64,000 bases of DNA from Promethearchaeota archaeon. Its GTDB lineage: Archaea; Asgardarchaeota; Lokiarchaeia; Sigyniarchaeales; SOKP01. The position numbers and the translations under genes are program-made. Within the stretch, counting starts at the first letter, position 1. Each line of letters begins with the position of its first letter. The stretch spans positions 60,921 through 124,920 of the forward strand of contig JAHPZE010000011.1 of assembly GCA_019058365.1 (NCBI GenBank), given 5' to 3'. This document shows positions 1-10,049 of this stretch, piece by piece. Below the pieces are notes generated by a model that saw only the letters and a program-made list of their open reading frames with translations, had not been told where the DNA came from and searched no databases.

Positions 1-2
1 CT

Positions 3-353
3 TTCAGATCAAAATGGTTAAAAGGGCTTCAAGATTCTAACATTATTATTTATATGATTGATATTGCTAATCAAAGAAGATTTGAGGAATCTAAAAAAGA
101 GTTTTGGAATGTCATAAATAATAATGAATTAAGAGCAATCCCATTACTATTAGTATGTAATAAAACTGATTTAGTCATAAATGCTAGGGAATCGTATAAA
201 AAAGAATTTCACAACTTAAAGAAACAACTTTCAGAATTTTTTAATTTAAATAAAATAAAAGATCGAAGGTGGAAATTCTTATTTACTTCAGTAAAAACCA
301 ATTATAATATCGATAATATAATTCCAGCGATTTTAACTTTGTTATCTCCCTAG
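3..353 (+). CDS. Small GTPase (Arf-like), 5'-truncated by window edge
   Basis: Frame is open from position 3 (FRSKWLKGLQDSNIIIYMID...). G4 LVCNKTD and G5-like FTSVK present; G1-G3 lie outside the window. Confidence 0.8.
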   Translation, partial: FRSKWLKGLQDSNIIIYMIDIANQRRFEESKKEFWNVINNNELRAIPLLLVCNKTDLVINARESYKKEFHNLKKQLSEFFNLNKIKDRRWKFLFTSVKTNYNIDNIIPAILTLLSP

Positions 354-516
354 ATTGCTAATTAAAAAGCATTATTTGAATAAAAAATTCTTAATTCTAA
401 TAATTTTAGTGTTTTGATGAAGTAAACATTAAATTTAAATATCTCGCCGTTTAAATTTCTATTATTGAAATAAAAACTTAATATTTCTCTTATTAACGGT
501 TAACTCGTGATAAAGC

Positions 517-1110
517 ATGTCTAAAAGACTTAAAAAAGAATTACAAATTATGATTGATGAGAAAGTAGGGCAATTATTTTTTGGTGATAAAAAGAAAGAT
601 TTACGTTTACTTATGTTAAGACCTATTGATTTAATTGAATTCTCCGAATTCGCTGGTGCAAATGCAGATGACATACTTATTTGGGTAGGGAAAACTCTTG
701 GAAGGGCATATATGGAAAAATTCTTCTACAATAAAGATTGGAGTTCAGAAAATCTAGCAATAAAAAAAGATGTTATTCTTGGAAACCTTGAAGCGTTAGA
801 ACTTATGGGTTATGGAGGAATAACAGGAGTGTTTAAAAAAGATTATGTGTTAATTAAAGTTTCAGATTCACTAGCAAAAGAAGAATCTGATAACATTATG
901 GCTAAAAATCTTTGTCTACTTTATCAAGGGATTTTTCTAGCATTGTTTGAGACTTTGTTAATTGATGTTAATGGCGAGGAGATCGAATGTGTTTTACTAG
1001 GACATGAAAAATGCGTGTTCAAATTTAATTTTATTGGAAAAGAATTAGATGAAAGCCTTATAGATGAGGAATCCGAAGAAACAGTTTCAGAATTTTTATC
1101 TACCCTTTAA
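517..1110 (+). CDS. V4R (4-vinyl reductase) domain protein
   Basis: C-terminal EIECVLLGHEKCVFKF with upstream LC..YQG fits the V4R Cys pattern. Confidence 0.75.
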   Translation: MSKRLKKELQIMIDEKVGQLFFGDKKKDLRLLMLRPIDLIEFSEFAGANADDILIWVGKTLGRAYMEKFFYNKDWSSENLAIKKDVILGNLEALELMGYGGITGVFKKDYVLIKVSDSLAKEESDNIMAKNLCLLYQGIFLALFETLLIDVNGEEIECVLLGHEKCVFKFNFIGKELDESLIDEESEETVSEFLSTL

Positions 1111-1286
1111 AGTATAATTCTCTCTATTTTTTAAATTATACAACATTGAGTGAAATTTCACACTTTTTTCAATTAATATAGATTAGATTTTGAGTTTTGG
1201 AATATAATAATTAAAATAAAATCTAATATAACTCTAATTATAATTAAATATTAAAAAATCAAACTATAAATAATGTGAATTGAAAT

Positions 1287-3635
1287 ATGGAAAAAAGAGG
1301 AGCTAGAGTCAAAATAGATGAATACAAAGGTCCTCTCGGTACAATCAAAGGATTTGAACTTACTACTGGGAAAGTATCATATGGAGATGAGACGGAATGG
1401 GAACCTATGGGACCAACCCCAATGCCACATATCCCTACATTACGTAATTGGTTTTTCAAACTAATGGAAAGATATCGACCTTTTTATATGCCAATCTGTG
1501 ATATGTGCTGTCTCTGCACCTTTGGCAAATGTAACCTTTCTAAAGGCAGAACTGGTGCATGTGGAATAAATATGGAGACACAACAAGCAAGAATAGTAGA
1601 AATAGCCTGTTGTATCGGAGCTAGTTGTCATTCAGCTCATGGTGATCATCTGCTTCATTGGCTAAAAGAAAAATATGGAAATGTCCCAATTGCTTATGGT
1701 AATAATATTGAAGTTGAGATGCCTTGTACACGTTTAATTGTTGGTATGAAACCGGAAACTTTGGAAGATCTAGAGACTGCAATGGAATGGGTGCATTATA
1801 CGATAACACATTTACTAGCTGCGGGACATACAGGTCAAGAATCAAGCCATTTAGATTATGAAGCTAAGGCTTTTTTAGCAGGACTAGCTGATGCTGTGGG
1901 AATGGAAATTTCTGATGCTGCACAAATTGCAGCCTATGGTTTTCCAATGGGAGAAGCTAATGTTCCACTTATTGAATTAGGAATGGGTACACTAGATACT
2001 AAAAACAAAGCAACGATTTTGATGATTGGACACAATGTAGCACCAGGTATCGAACTAGTTGATTATATGAGGGAAAAAGGTTATGACGATAAGTTAGATG
2101 TGGGAGCGATATGTTGTACGGCAATAGATTTAACAAGATATTATGATGGTGCGAAAATTGTTGGTTCACTAGCTAGACAGATGTTTTACATTCGTTCTGG
2201 ATTAGCTGATGTTGTTATGGTAGATGAACAATGCGTTAATTTACGTAGTTATGAACAAGCAAAGCTCGTAAATGCTCCGTTTATAGCGACTAATGAAAAA
2301 AATATGGGAGGTTTACCTAATAGAACAGATGACCCTCCAGAAGAAATTATTGATGATTTAGTCAGTGGAAAAGTTGATGGAGTACTAATATTAGATCCAA
2401 TAAAAGCAGGAAAAGTAGCTGTTGAGACGGCTATTAAGGTAAAACCAATTAGAAAAGCTAAAAGTGCAGTTCCTGATGAACAAGGATGTATTGATATGGC
2501 AATGAACTGCAATGGATGTGGTAACTGTCAAAGAAATTGTCCAAATGATTTACCATTAGTAGAAGGAGTAAAAAGGGTAAAAGATGGTGATTTTTCAGTA
2601 TTAACTGACATTTTTGATCAATGCTTAGATTGCGGACGATGTGAATCAGATTGTATGAAAAATGTCTCACCACTTACTCTCATAATGTACGCTGGACGTG
2701 AAAAGATTAGAAATGAAAAATTTAATATGAGAGCGGGTCGTGGGCCTATTCAAGATGTAGAAATAAGAAATGTTGGAGCACCTGTAGTCTTAGGAGAAAT
2801 TCCTGGAGTCATAGCAATTATTGGTTGTGCTAATTATGCTAAAGAAATACAAGAATTATATTTAATGGCTGAAGAGTTTTGTAAAAGAAATTACATTGTG
2901 GTTGTATCTGGTTGTGGTGCTATGGATATTGGTCTTGTAAAGGATGAAGATGGTAAAACACTTTACGACAAATATCCCGGTGATTTTGATAGAGGCGGGT
3001 TAATAAATGTTGGTTCATGTGTTTCAAATCCACATATTAATGGAGCAGCCATTAAAATTGCAAATATTTTTGCAAGACGCCCTTTACGAGGTAATTATGA
3101 GGAAATTGCAGATTATATCTTGAATCGTGTAGGTGCATGTGGTGTTGCTTGGGGTGCAATGTCTCAAAAAGCAGCTAGTATTGCCAGTAGCTGTAATGGT
3201 ATGGGGATACCAGCAATATGTGGTCCTCATTCAGCCGAATATAGACGTATGTATATTGGGAGATCTGATGATGAAAATTCATGGAAAGTATGGAATGCGA
3301 GAGATGGTACTTCAGATCATTTAGTTGGTCCAGGTCCAGAACATTTATTAACTACTGCTGAAAGTATTGAACAAGCTATTTGTCTAGCAGCAAAATTATG
3401 TTTAAGACCAGCTGATAACAGTAAAGGAAGGATGATCAAATTATCTCATTGGATTGACTTAGAACGGAAACTTAAAGGTGTTCAATTTCCTAATGACTTA
3501 GAGAAATTTATACGTGTTGAGGCAGACATTCCAATTAATATGAAAGATGAAATACAAGAATATCTTAAAGAAAGAGGTTGGGAACCTAAAGAAATCATTG
3601 ATCCAACCTTATTAAAAAGACTTTGTAGAACTTAA
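1287..3635 (+). CDS. cdhA: CO dehydrogenase/acetyl-CoA decarbonylase-synthase alpha subunit (archaeal type)
   Basis: CDMCCLCTFGKC, GHN, CCT and GSCVSN motifs; inserted 2x[4Fe-4S] domain (CNGCGNCQRNCP, CLDCGRCESDC); 782 aa. Confidence 0.95.
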   Translation: MEKRGARVKIDEYKGPLGTIKGFELTTGKVSYGDETEWEPMGPTPMPHIPTLRNWFFKLMERYRPFYMPICDMCCLCTFGKCNLSKGRTGACGINMETQQARIVEIACCIGASCHSAHGDHLLHWLKEKYGNVPIAYGNNIEVEMPCTRLIVGMKPETLEDLETAMEWVHYTITHLLAAGHTGQESSHLDYEAKAFLAGLADAVGMEISDAAQIAAYGFPMGEANVPLIELGMGTLDTKNKATILMIGHNVAPGIELVDYMREKGYDDKLDVGAICCTAIDLTRYYDGAKIVGSLARQMFYIRSGLADVVMVDEQCVNLRSYEQAKLVNAPFIATNEKNMGGLPNRTDDPPEEIIDDLVSGKVDGVLILDPIKAGKVAVETAIKVKPIRKAKSAVPDEQGCIDMAMNCNGCGNCQRNCPNDLPLVEGVKRVKDGDFSVLTDIFDQCLDCGRCESDCMKNVSPLTLIMYAGREKIRNEKFNMRAGRGPIQDVEIRNVGAPVVLGEIPGVIAIIGCANYAKEIQELYLMAEEFCKRNYIVVVSGCGAMDIGLVKDEDGKTLYDKYPGDFDRGGLINVGSCVSNPHINGAAIKIANIFARRPLRGNYEEIADYILNRVGACGVAWGAMSQKAASIASSCNGMGIPAICGPHSAEYRRMYIGRSDDENSWKVWNARDGTSDHLVGPGPEHLLTTAESIEQAICLAAKLCLRPADNSKGRMIKLSHWIDLERKLKGVQFPNDLEKFIRVEADIPINMKDEIQEYLKERGWEPKEIIDPTLLKRLCRT

Positions 3636-3639
3636 TATA

Positions 3640-3659
3640 ATTTTTCTTTTTCTTTTTTT
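3640..3659 (+). terminator. Archaeal oligo-T terminator candidate after cdhA
   Basis: T-rich tract immediately after the stop codon. Confidence 0.45.
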
Positions 3660-3971
3660 ACATATATTTATATTTGAGATGAAACCTTTATTATAGAGTA
3701 ATTTCAATTAAACTATTTTTTATAAGTATATTATTTGAATAATCATCAATAAGAATTTATTTTCTTTGGTCTGTTACCCATTTCATATGAGTTTTAGCTT
3801 CAATTTCAGTATCTACAATTTCTTGCATTTTATTTCAATTCTTACTAAGTATAAATGATTCAATAATAAGCTAAGGTTATTTTAATTTAGTCAAATAGAA
3901 AAACAAAAGGTTCATGTGTTAGAGAATATTTTCATTAGTATAATGGTTTAATAATAAAGATGTGAGATATT

Positions 3972-4190
3972 TTGGATAAACAAGATAAAGATATTTTAAA
4001 ATTATCAAAATTATGTAAACATTGGGCAGATCACAATGGTTCACATAAAGAAAATTTTATAAAATGGAGGAATATTGCTATAGAAAAAGGATTAGAATCC
4101 ATTGCGGGACAATTAGATAAAGCAGTTGAAATGTTAGATAAATGCAATGAATTTTTACTTGCTGCATATCAGGATTTAGAGGAGATGTAA
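3972..4190 (+). CDS. Small helical His-motif protein, possible metal-binding
   Basis: 72 aa with motif KHWADHNGSH (HWxxHNxxH). Confidence 0.65.
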   Translation: MDKQDKDILKLSKLCKHWADHNGSHKENFIKWRNIAIEKGLESIAGQLDKAVEMLDKCNEFLLAAYQDLEEM

Positions 4191-4260
4191 ACTAACATCA
4201 ATTAAAAAAGATTAAAAAATAAAACTAAGATCTTAAATTAGTATACACTTATAAAGGGAT

Positions 4261-5469
4261 TTATAGGAAAAGATTAATCAACGGAAGTAATTGCTCTTTA
4301 AAGTATTCGATTTTCCCTTCTAACAATTCTGGATTTTGAGAAAGCATCCATAAGTATACAGGAATCTGCAATTCAGAGTACTCAAATAATTTTTCACCTC
4401 GTATTGTAAATCCATTAAGTGGTAAATCTAGTCTTATAGATTTTTCTCTTATTAAACCTATTGAATTATAAAAATTTGAAAGTGTTTGTAGCAATAAAGC
4501 TGTGTTATTTACTAACATTTCATCTGTATCAGATCCAGTGTAACTACCGAAAATAAGGCCATCCATCGAAACTAAACTTGAAGCCTTTGCTTCGACTTGA
4601 TGAGTAAACTCTTCGAGGATGTTTTCTATTATTTCAGAGGTATCAGATACTTTCATTAATGCAGTACTGAACATTTGCATAATTGTTTCTCTCTGAAAAA
4701 TCGTTGTATCGCAGTAATCAATTGAAAATTCTTCAAATTCCTGAGCAATACTGTTGAATTTATTTTTTATACTTGTTACAGTTTGCTGCCATTGAAGGGT
4801 TTTACGAGCATCTTGATCACTTTTACTTAAAACTATTAAAACTGAGGGGATTTCATGTAACTCTTCTAATACTTTTAAAACTTCCCGAAAATAGTTAGCT
4901 GCTTCAGGAATTCTATCTGGGTCTTGACTATCAACAACATATAGCATAATATCAGCTTCAGTGAAAAAAAGTTCTGGCCTATTAAAGTACAATTTTTCTC
5001 GATACTGGACTTGACCGCCTAAATCCCATGAGATTATCGGATATCCAAAAAAATCAAGCTTTTCCCTCTTTACACCCCTTGTAGGTAAAAGAGATTTAAT
5101 AATTGAGAATTTATCTTGAACTATTGCTAGTATAGACGTTTTACCACCATTATCTAAACCGATCATCAATAATTTTTTATGTCTCCTCATTTGTTCTTTT
5201 ATGTTCTTTTGAATTAGCTGTGCAATTTTCACCCATTTTTGTAGCATATTTGGTAGTATTTCTTTTATCTCGGGGAGATTTGCAACAGATAAATTAGCTA
5301 AATCATCAATTGTTTTTATTCCTTCATCAAATAAGTGATCCGAACTAATTTTATCAACACCTATTAATGAATCGGGTTTAAATCTCAAAACCTCATCAAG
5401 TTCATTAATAAGAATATTACTTTTAAAGAAATCCTTAACTGCTAAACTCTTTCCACTATTTTCAGACAT
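4261..5469 (-). CDS. HhH + Arf/Rag-like small GTPase + C-terminal roadblock-like domain
   Basis: G1 GLDNGGKTS, G2 PTRG, G3 WDLGGQ, G4 SKSD. N-terminal LIGVDKISSDHLFDEGIKTIDDLA is HhH-like; C-terminal ASSLVSMDGLIFGSY is roadblock-like. Confidence 0.85.
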   Translation of the reverse strand: MSENSGKSLAVKDFFKSNILINELDEVLRFKPDSLIGVDKISSDHLFDEGIKTIDDLANLSVANLPEIKEILPNMLQKWVKIAQLIQKNIKEQMRRHKKLLMIGLDNGGKTSILAIVQDKFSIIKSLLPTRGVKREKLDFFGYPIISWDLGGQVQYREKLYFNRPELFFTEADIMLYVVDSQDPDRIPEAANYFREVLKVLEELHEIPSVLIVLSKSDQDARKTLQWQQTVTSIKNKFNSIAQEFEEFSIDYCDTTIFQRETIMQMFSTALMKVSDTSEIIENILEEFTHQVEAKASSLVSMDGLIFGSYTGSDTDEMLVNNTALLLQTLSNFYNSIGLIREKSIRLDLPLNGFTIRGEKLFEYSELQIPVYLWMLSQNPELLEGKIEYFKEQLLPLINLFL

Positions 5470-5691
5470 TATGTATCAGGTTTAATTGTTATTTTTCTAT
5501 TAACTAAAATCCTTATCTTTACTAGTACTAAAAGGTATTATTAAATATATATTAATATTCGTAAAAAAAAACTTTATCTAATTGAAGTAGTATTAATTAA
5601 TTAGTAATTAATAAAAGTATAAAAAATCGATTGAATCATATAGTTCAATTTCAGTACGTAATTACTATATGCTAAAAATTGTTAAAATAAA

Positions 5692-6897
5692 ATGTCAGAG
5701 AACAGAATCCCCGAAAATCTTGTCATTTGCATAGATACATCACGCTCGATGTTTAGAAAGGATTTCGTTCCTAATCGAATTACATGCTGTATTTCTGCAG
5801 TTAAAACATTAATTAAAGATAGATTTAATTTAGATAGTTTAAGTGCATTTTCTATAATAAAATATTCTAACAAAGCAAAAAAGATAATTGACTTCACAAC
5901 GTCAAATTTTGAAGAAAAACTCACCAAAGTTTTAGATTCTCTTAATTGTGGAGGTTACTCTGCTATGGGAGATGCTTTAGCTTTATCAATCAAAACACTT
6001 ATAGCAGAATTGCGTAAGATTGGAGCTAAAATACCTAGAATAATTCTGATTTCTGATGGGAATTATTTGAGAACTGAAGCTGATCCATTAAAGATGGCAC
6101 GTTTAGCTCAAGGTTTAAATATTAGAATTGATACTTTTGGCATTGGAAATACAAGGCAAGACAATGTACTAAAAAAAATTAGCGATATAGCAAGTGGTCG
6201 ATACTTTTATAATAATGATTATGAATCCTTAATTAGGTCCGCAAAAGAAATTGCTGATGATAATTATAAAACATATGGGTCGAGTAAAAAAATTCTTATT
6301 GAGAATCCCGCTTTTCTTAGGAAAATTGCAGCAGATTTACTAAGAGTTCAAGATTTAACAAAAGATCAAGAACAACGTGTAAAACAGATACGTGGAGAAG
6401 GTGAATTTAAAAAATGTTCTATTTGTTTTTCTGATCAAAATCCTTACACAAAAGGATCATTTTATGTTACTGGGAGATATTGTCCTAATTGTACTACTCC
6501 ATTTCATATACACTGTTTAGCAGCATGGGCAGATTCTCAAAAAAATCATCAAATAAAAAGTTCTGGCACAGCGCGGTGCCCACATTGTTTCTACCTTTTG
6601 AAGATACCTATAGAAGTTACTCAAATTCAAAAATTACGTATTCTTACAAAAGGTTTGAAAGAAGAACCTGTGAAAAAACCTGATCTTATTCCTGCTAAAT
6701 TTATTCAAGACTTGGGGTTGCTTGGAGATGAAGCTTTATTTAACGCGTGCCCAGTTTGTCATATGATTTTTGAGAAAGGGCAATCAGCAGTTCAATGTGG
6801 TAATCTTCAATGTAACGCTCTTTACCACGAGGAATGTTTTAAAGAGTTAAAGGATGGGCATTGTAGAAAGTGTGATATGAAATTACATCTTTATTAA
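5692..6897 (+). CDS. VWA domain (Ssl1/p44/Rpn10-like) + two C4HC3 RING-type zinc fingers
   Basis: DTSRSM (DxSxS) and ILISDG in the VWA. Finger 1: CSIC...CPNCTTPFHIHC...CPHC. Finger 2: CPVC...CGNLQCNALYHEEC...CRKC. Confidence 0.85.
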   Translation: MSENRIPENLVICIDTSRSMFRKDFVPNRITCCISAVKTLIKDRFNLDSLSAFSIIKYSNKAKKIIDFTTSNFEEKLTKVLDSLNCGGYSAMGDALALSIKTLIAELRKIGAKIPRIILISDGNYLRTEADPLKMARLAQGLNIRIDTFGIGNTRQDNVLKKISDIASGRYFYNNDYESLIRSAKEIADDNYKTYGSSKKILIENPAFLRKIAADLLRVQDLTKDQEQRVKQIRGEGEFKKCSICFSDQNPYTKGSFYVTGRYCPNCTTPFHIHCLAAWADSQKNHQIKSSGTARCPHCFYLLKIPIEVTQIQKLRILTKGLKEEPVKKPDLIPAKFIQDLGLLGDEALFNACPVCHMIFEKGQSAVQCGNLQCNALYHEECFKELKDGHCRKCDMKLHLY

Positions 6898-7023
6898 TTA
6901 GTACAATAATCCATTTTTAAAGATATATTAACTCATTCTCTAAAATTATCTAATTGAAATTAACACTTTATACTATTTTAGATAATTCTAATAAATTGAT
7001 GATTAGATTCTTCCTTTGATTTC

Positions 7024-7272
7024 TTATTTTTTTCCTGATCTCATCATAATATCTATTTCTGATATCAAATAACATAATACATCATAATTTGGACCAGAAA
7101 AAAATATTTCTGCTGCTTTTTCTCTTATTCTTTCTTCTTGATTATATTTAGAATCTCCTTGAACAAGCAATTGCCTTTCAGCAAGCATCCAACACAATTT
7201 ATCATAGGTATATCCTTTTTCTGCTAAAAAATATGCTGCAACATTAATATGGGAAACTTTTTCGTCACTCAT
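7024..7272 (-). CDS. Standalone two-repeat 'domain X' protein, homologous to the C-terminus of the gelsolin at 26369-27226
   Basis: INVAAYFLAEKGYTYDKLCWMLAE aligns with IREAAYYLSLDEYTYDQLCWILAE; the second repeat also aligns. Confidence 0.8.
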   Translation of the reverse strand: MSDEKVSHINVAAYFLAEKGYTYDKLCWMLAERQLLVQGDSKYNQEERIREKAAEIFFSGPNYDVLCYLISEIDIMMRSGKK

Positions 7273-7511
7273 TTTATCAAATATTTTATTTTAAAGAATC
7301 TTAATACTTCTTAATTAATTAATAATTTTCAGACATTTAATTCCTATTATTAAAATATACTTATGATTTAAGAAAGTTATAAGAATATTTAATTTTGATA
7401 TAATTATAAAAATAGATAAAATTTTGAAACATATAAGAGTCTTAAAAAATCAAGCAGATTAAATTATTTTTCATTCCTATTTCAAATATTACAATTAATA
7501 ACTGATTCAAG

Positions 7512-8396
7512 ATGGGTAATACTGATTATTATTCTTATGGGAATATAAAATTAGGAAAAGGAAATTTTGAGTTGCCCCCAGTGTTAATTGGTACTATTTT
7601 TTATCAGAATGAAACTATTATAGATAGGAAGAATCCTGAAGTTTTTAATTCATCTAAAGCTATGAAACGTATTGATACTCACATATCATTATCTGAAAAA
7701 TATAAAATTCCTAATTTAGTGGAAATATCCGCTACATCTCCTAAATCAATGAGGAATTATTTAGAATTTTTCTTAGATCATTATGATCCTCCATTTATAC
7801 TTGGTGGAAATTTCGAATCAAGAGTAGCTGGAATCGAATATCTTACAGAACATGGCATAAAACCAGATCAATATATATATAATACCATTTCAAATCTAAA
7901 AAACAAGAAAGAAATAGAAATTATTAAGAAATACAAAATAGAATCTGCCGTAATTTTAATACTCAGTTCAGAAAATATGACCTCAACCCAGAGATATGCA
8001 TATCTTACTGAAAGAAATCAACCGAATAATATGAATATAATTGAGGGATTAGATAAGATTGGTGTTAAGAGATTCTGGATTGATGGGGGTGTTGTAAATT
8101 TGGAAAGTTTAGCCCATATACTAGAGACACAACAATTAGTAAGTACATCCTTAAAACTTCCCGTAGGTACAGCTGCAAATCTCTTTCTTTTTCAATACTC
8201 TTCCCCACGCTTGAATATTAAATTCCACACTCGATACAGGAGGGCGAGTATTATGTTTATTGCAGCATGGGTTTCCAACTTCATTTTTTACGGAGCGATT
8301 GAAGATGCAAAAGAATCATTTGCATCGGCGTATCAATCAATAGAATTCAGAGACATAATAAAAAGAAGAAATATAAAACTCTTTCGACAATTTTAA
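7512..8396 (+). CDS. MtrH-family (tetrahydromethanopterin/folate methyltransferase) protein, divergent
   Basis: N-terminal GKGNFELPPVLIGTIFY, YNTIS, LPVGTAAN and FYGAIE resemble MtrH. Confidence 0.7.
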   Translation: MGNTDYYSYGNIKLGKGNFELPPVLIGTIFYQNETIIDRKNPEVFNSSKAMKRIDTHISLSEKYKIPNLVEISATSPKSMRNYLEFFLDHYDPPFILGGNFESRVAGIEYLTEHGIKPDQYIYNTISNLKNKKEIEIIKKYKIESAVILILSSENMTSTQRYAYLTERNQPNNMNIIEGLDKIGVKRFWIDGGVVNLESLAHILETQQLVSTSLKLPVGTAANLFLFQYSSPRLNIKFHTRYRRASIMFIAAWVSNFIFYGAIEDAKESFASAYQSIEFRDIIKRRNIKLFRQF

Positions 8397-8537
8397 TAAA
8401 GTAGCACTTTTAAATTTAATGAAAAAGAAGTGTAGAGTTACATTATTGATAGAAAGCTATTAATACTAAGGTTTTAATATCTTAATTAAGTCTATGTAAA
8501 TTGTATAGAAATTTTAATCGAATCAGTTATTTACTAA

Positions 8538-9701
8538 ATGCTTATTTGTGAGAAGAAAAATATGATCAATAATCGCTATAATGATGAAAAAGAGTTAGAA
8601 GCTGTAAGGCTAATAGACCAAGCAGAAACGCTGGCTGATCGTGGAAAAGGAGAAGAAGCAATCAATTTTTACGAAAAAGCAGCTTCAATTTACCTTGATC
8701 TTGGGAGTTATATTAAACTGGATGAATTATTTATACGAATAGCTCAAATTATCTCAAAATTTAAGAATAATATTCAAGCTGTTTATAGATTGAAATCAAT
8801 TATTAGAAAAACTGAAGAATTAAAACTATATGAAGTATCTGCTAAATTATTAATTCAATTAGGAAATATTTCTTTTAGAATGCATGACTGGGAGACTGCG
8901 GGAGAGTCTTGGCAAAGCGCTTCAGATTATTTATATAAAACTGATCCTGAAGAATATAGAAATTTATCTTCAGTGCTCCTTCTAAAAGCGGGACAATCTT
9001 TTGAACGATCTAGACTCAAAAAAGAAGAAGGTAAACGGTTAATTTTAAAAGCAGTAATGAAAATACATGAATTTGATGAACTTTATGAATTAGAAGAAAA
9101 AAGGGCGTTCAACCTATTGTCTAGAAAAGAATTTGAAGCTTCTGCTAAGAAATTCTTTGATATAGCCGCTAACTTTAAAATAGCTTTGGATGATTTGGAT
9201 AATTTAATAGACGAAGTAGAATCCAAAGATACATTACTTAATGCTAAAGCAAGATTTATACATTTTATTGCAGAGTATCAGACTGTATCAGCATTATGTT
9301 TAAGAGCATCTGAAAATCGCGTTCATAATGATCGAATTAAAGAATTAGGAAAACATTCGTTTGAACTTTTTAAAGAATCAATTTCTATGCTTAAGTCTTA
9401 TCTTCTTCCTATAAACTCAGATTTTGATCATGAAATTATTTTGAGAATTACTTTCGATACAATGTTAACTTCGATTATTCAAGGAATGTTAGGCATTCAT
9501 CAAATAAATCCAAATGAATTCTTGTTAAGAGATATTGAGAAAAATAAAGCATTAGTAAAAGAAATCAACGGATCACCTTATTATAAGATAACTGAAAGAA
9601 TTCAAAAATTAGGAATCAGAGATGCATTAGAAGATCTTTCTAAGGTACATTTAGGTCACTTTGAATTGATAAAAAATACTCTTATTGATTATTTCAAATA
9701 A
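8538..9701 (+). CDS. TPR/alpha-solenoid protein, SNAP-like
   Basis: Repeated EEAINFYEKAASIY / TAGESWQSASDY / ASAKKFFDIAANF helices. Start may be the ATG at 8562. Confidence 0.6.
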   Translation: MLICEKKNMINNRYNDEKELEAVRLIDQAETLADRGKGEEAINFYEKAASIYLDLGSYIKLDELFIRIAQIISKFKNNIQAVYRLKSIIRKTEELKLYEVSAKLLIQLGNISFRMHDWETAGESWQSASDYLYKTDPEEYRNLSSVLLLKAGQSFERSRLKKEEGKRLILKAVMKIHEFDELYELEEKRAFNLLSRKEFEASAKKFFDIAANFKIALDDLDNLIDEVESKDTLLNAKARFIHFIAEYQTVSALCLRASENRVHNDRIKELGKHSFELFKESISMLKSYLLPINSDFDHEIILRITFDTMLTSIIQGMLGIHQINPNEFLLRDIEKNKALVKEINGSPYYKITERIQKLGIRDALEDLSKVHLGHFELIKNTLIDYFK

Positions 9702-10049
9702 AGTCTTGAGTTATCAAAATGCATTTAGAACGACTGTTTTTATTCATCTATTAATTTCTTCCTCAGTGTTAACAAAAATACCAAAATTCCCTATTTATAT
9801 TTGTTTTATGTCATTATTTATTAGATTTTTCTATATTACATTTTAAAGCCGTCTTTGTATTTTCTACAGCTATGTAGATTTAGCAAAAGGTTTATAAAGA
9901 TCAATTACTATTTAATATTTAAGGTTTTGATTATTGAGAAATCTTTGAAGGTTTCTCTATGCTTTTTCTCTTCTGTTAATGCTAATCAGTTTTATATATG
10001 GATAGTGGAGATTAGGCATCTAACCAAAAAAAATATGGTGAAATAGAAG

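Noticed and set aside
3757-3828. 23-aa minus-strand ORF MQEIVDTEIEAKTHMKWVTDQRK
   Set aside because: Too short, with no motif or clear RBS; may be a remnant.
9936-10020. Possible riboswitch upstream of the B12 radical SAM gene (GAGAAATC/GGTTTCTC hairpin and ATGCTAATC/GATTAGGCAT pairing)
   Set aside because: No cobalamin- or SAM-riboswitch consensus recognised; short stems are expected by chance.
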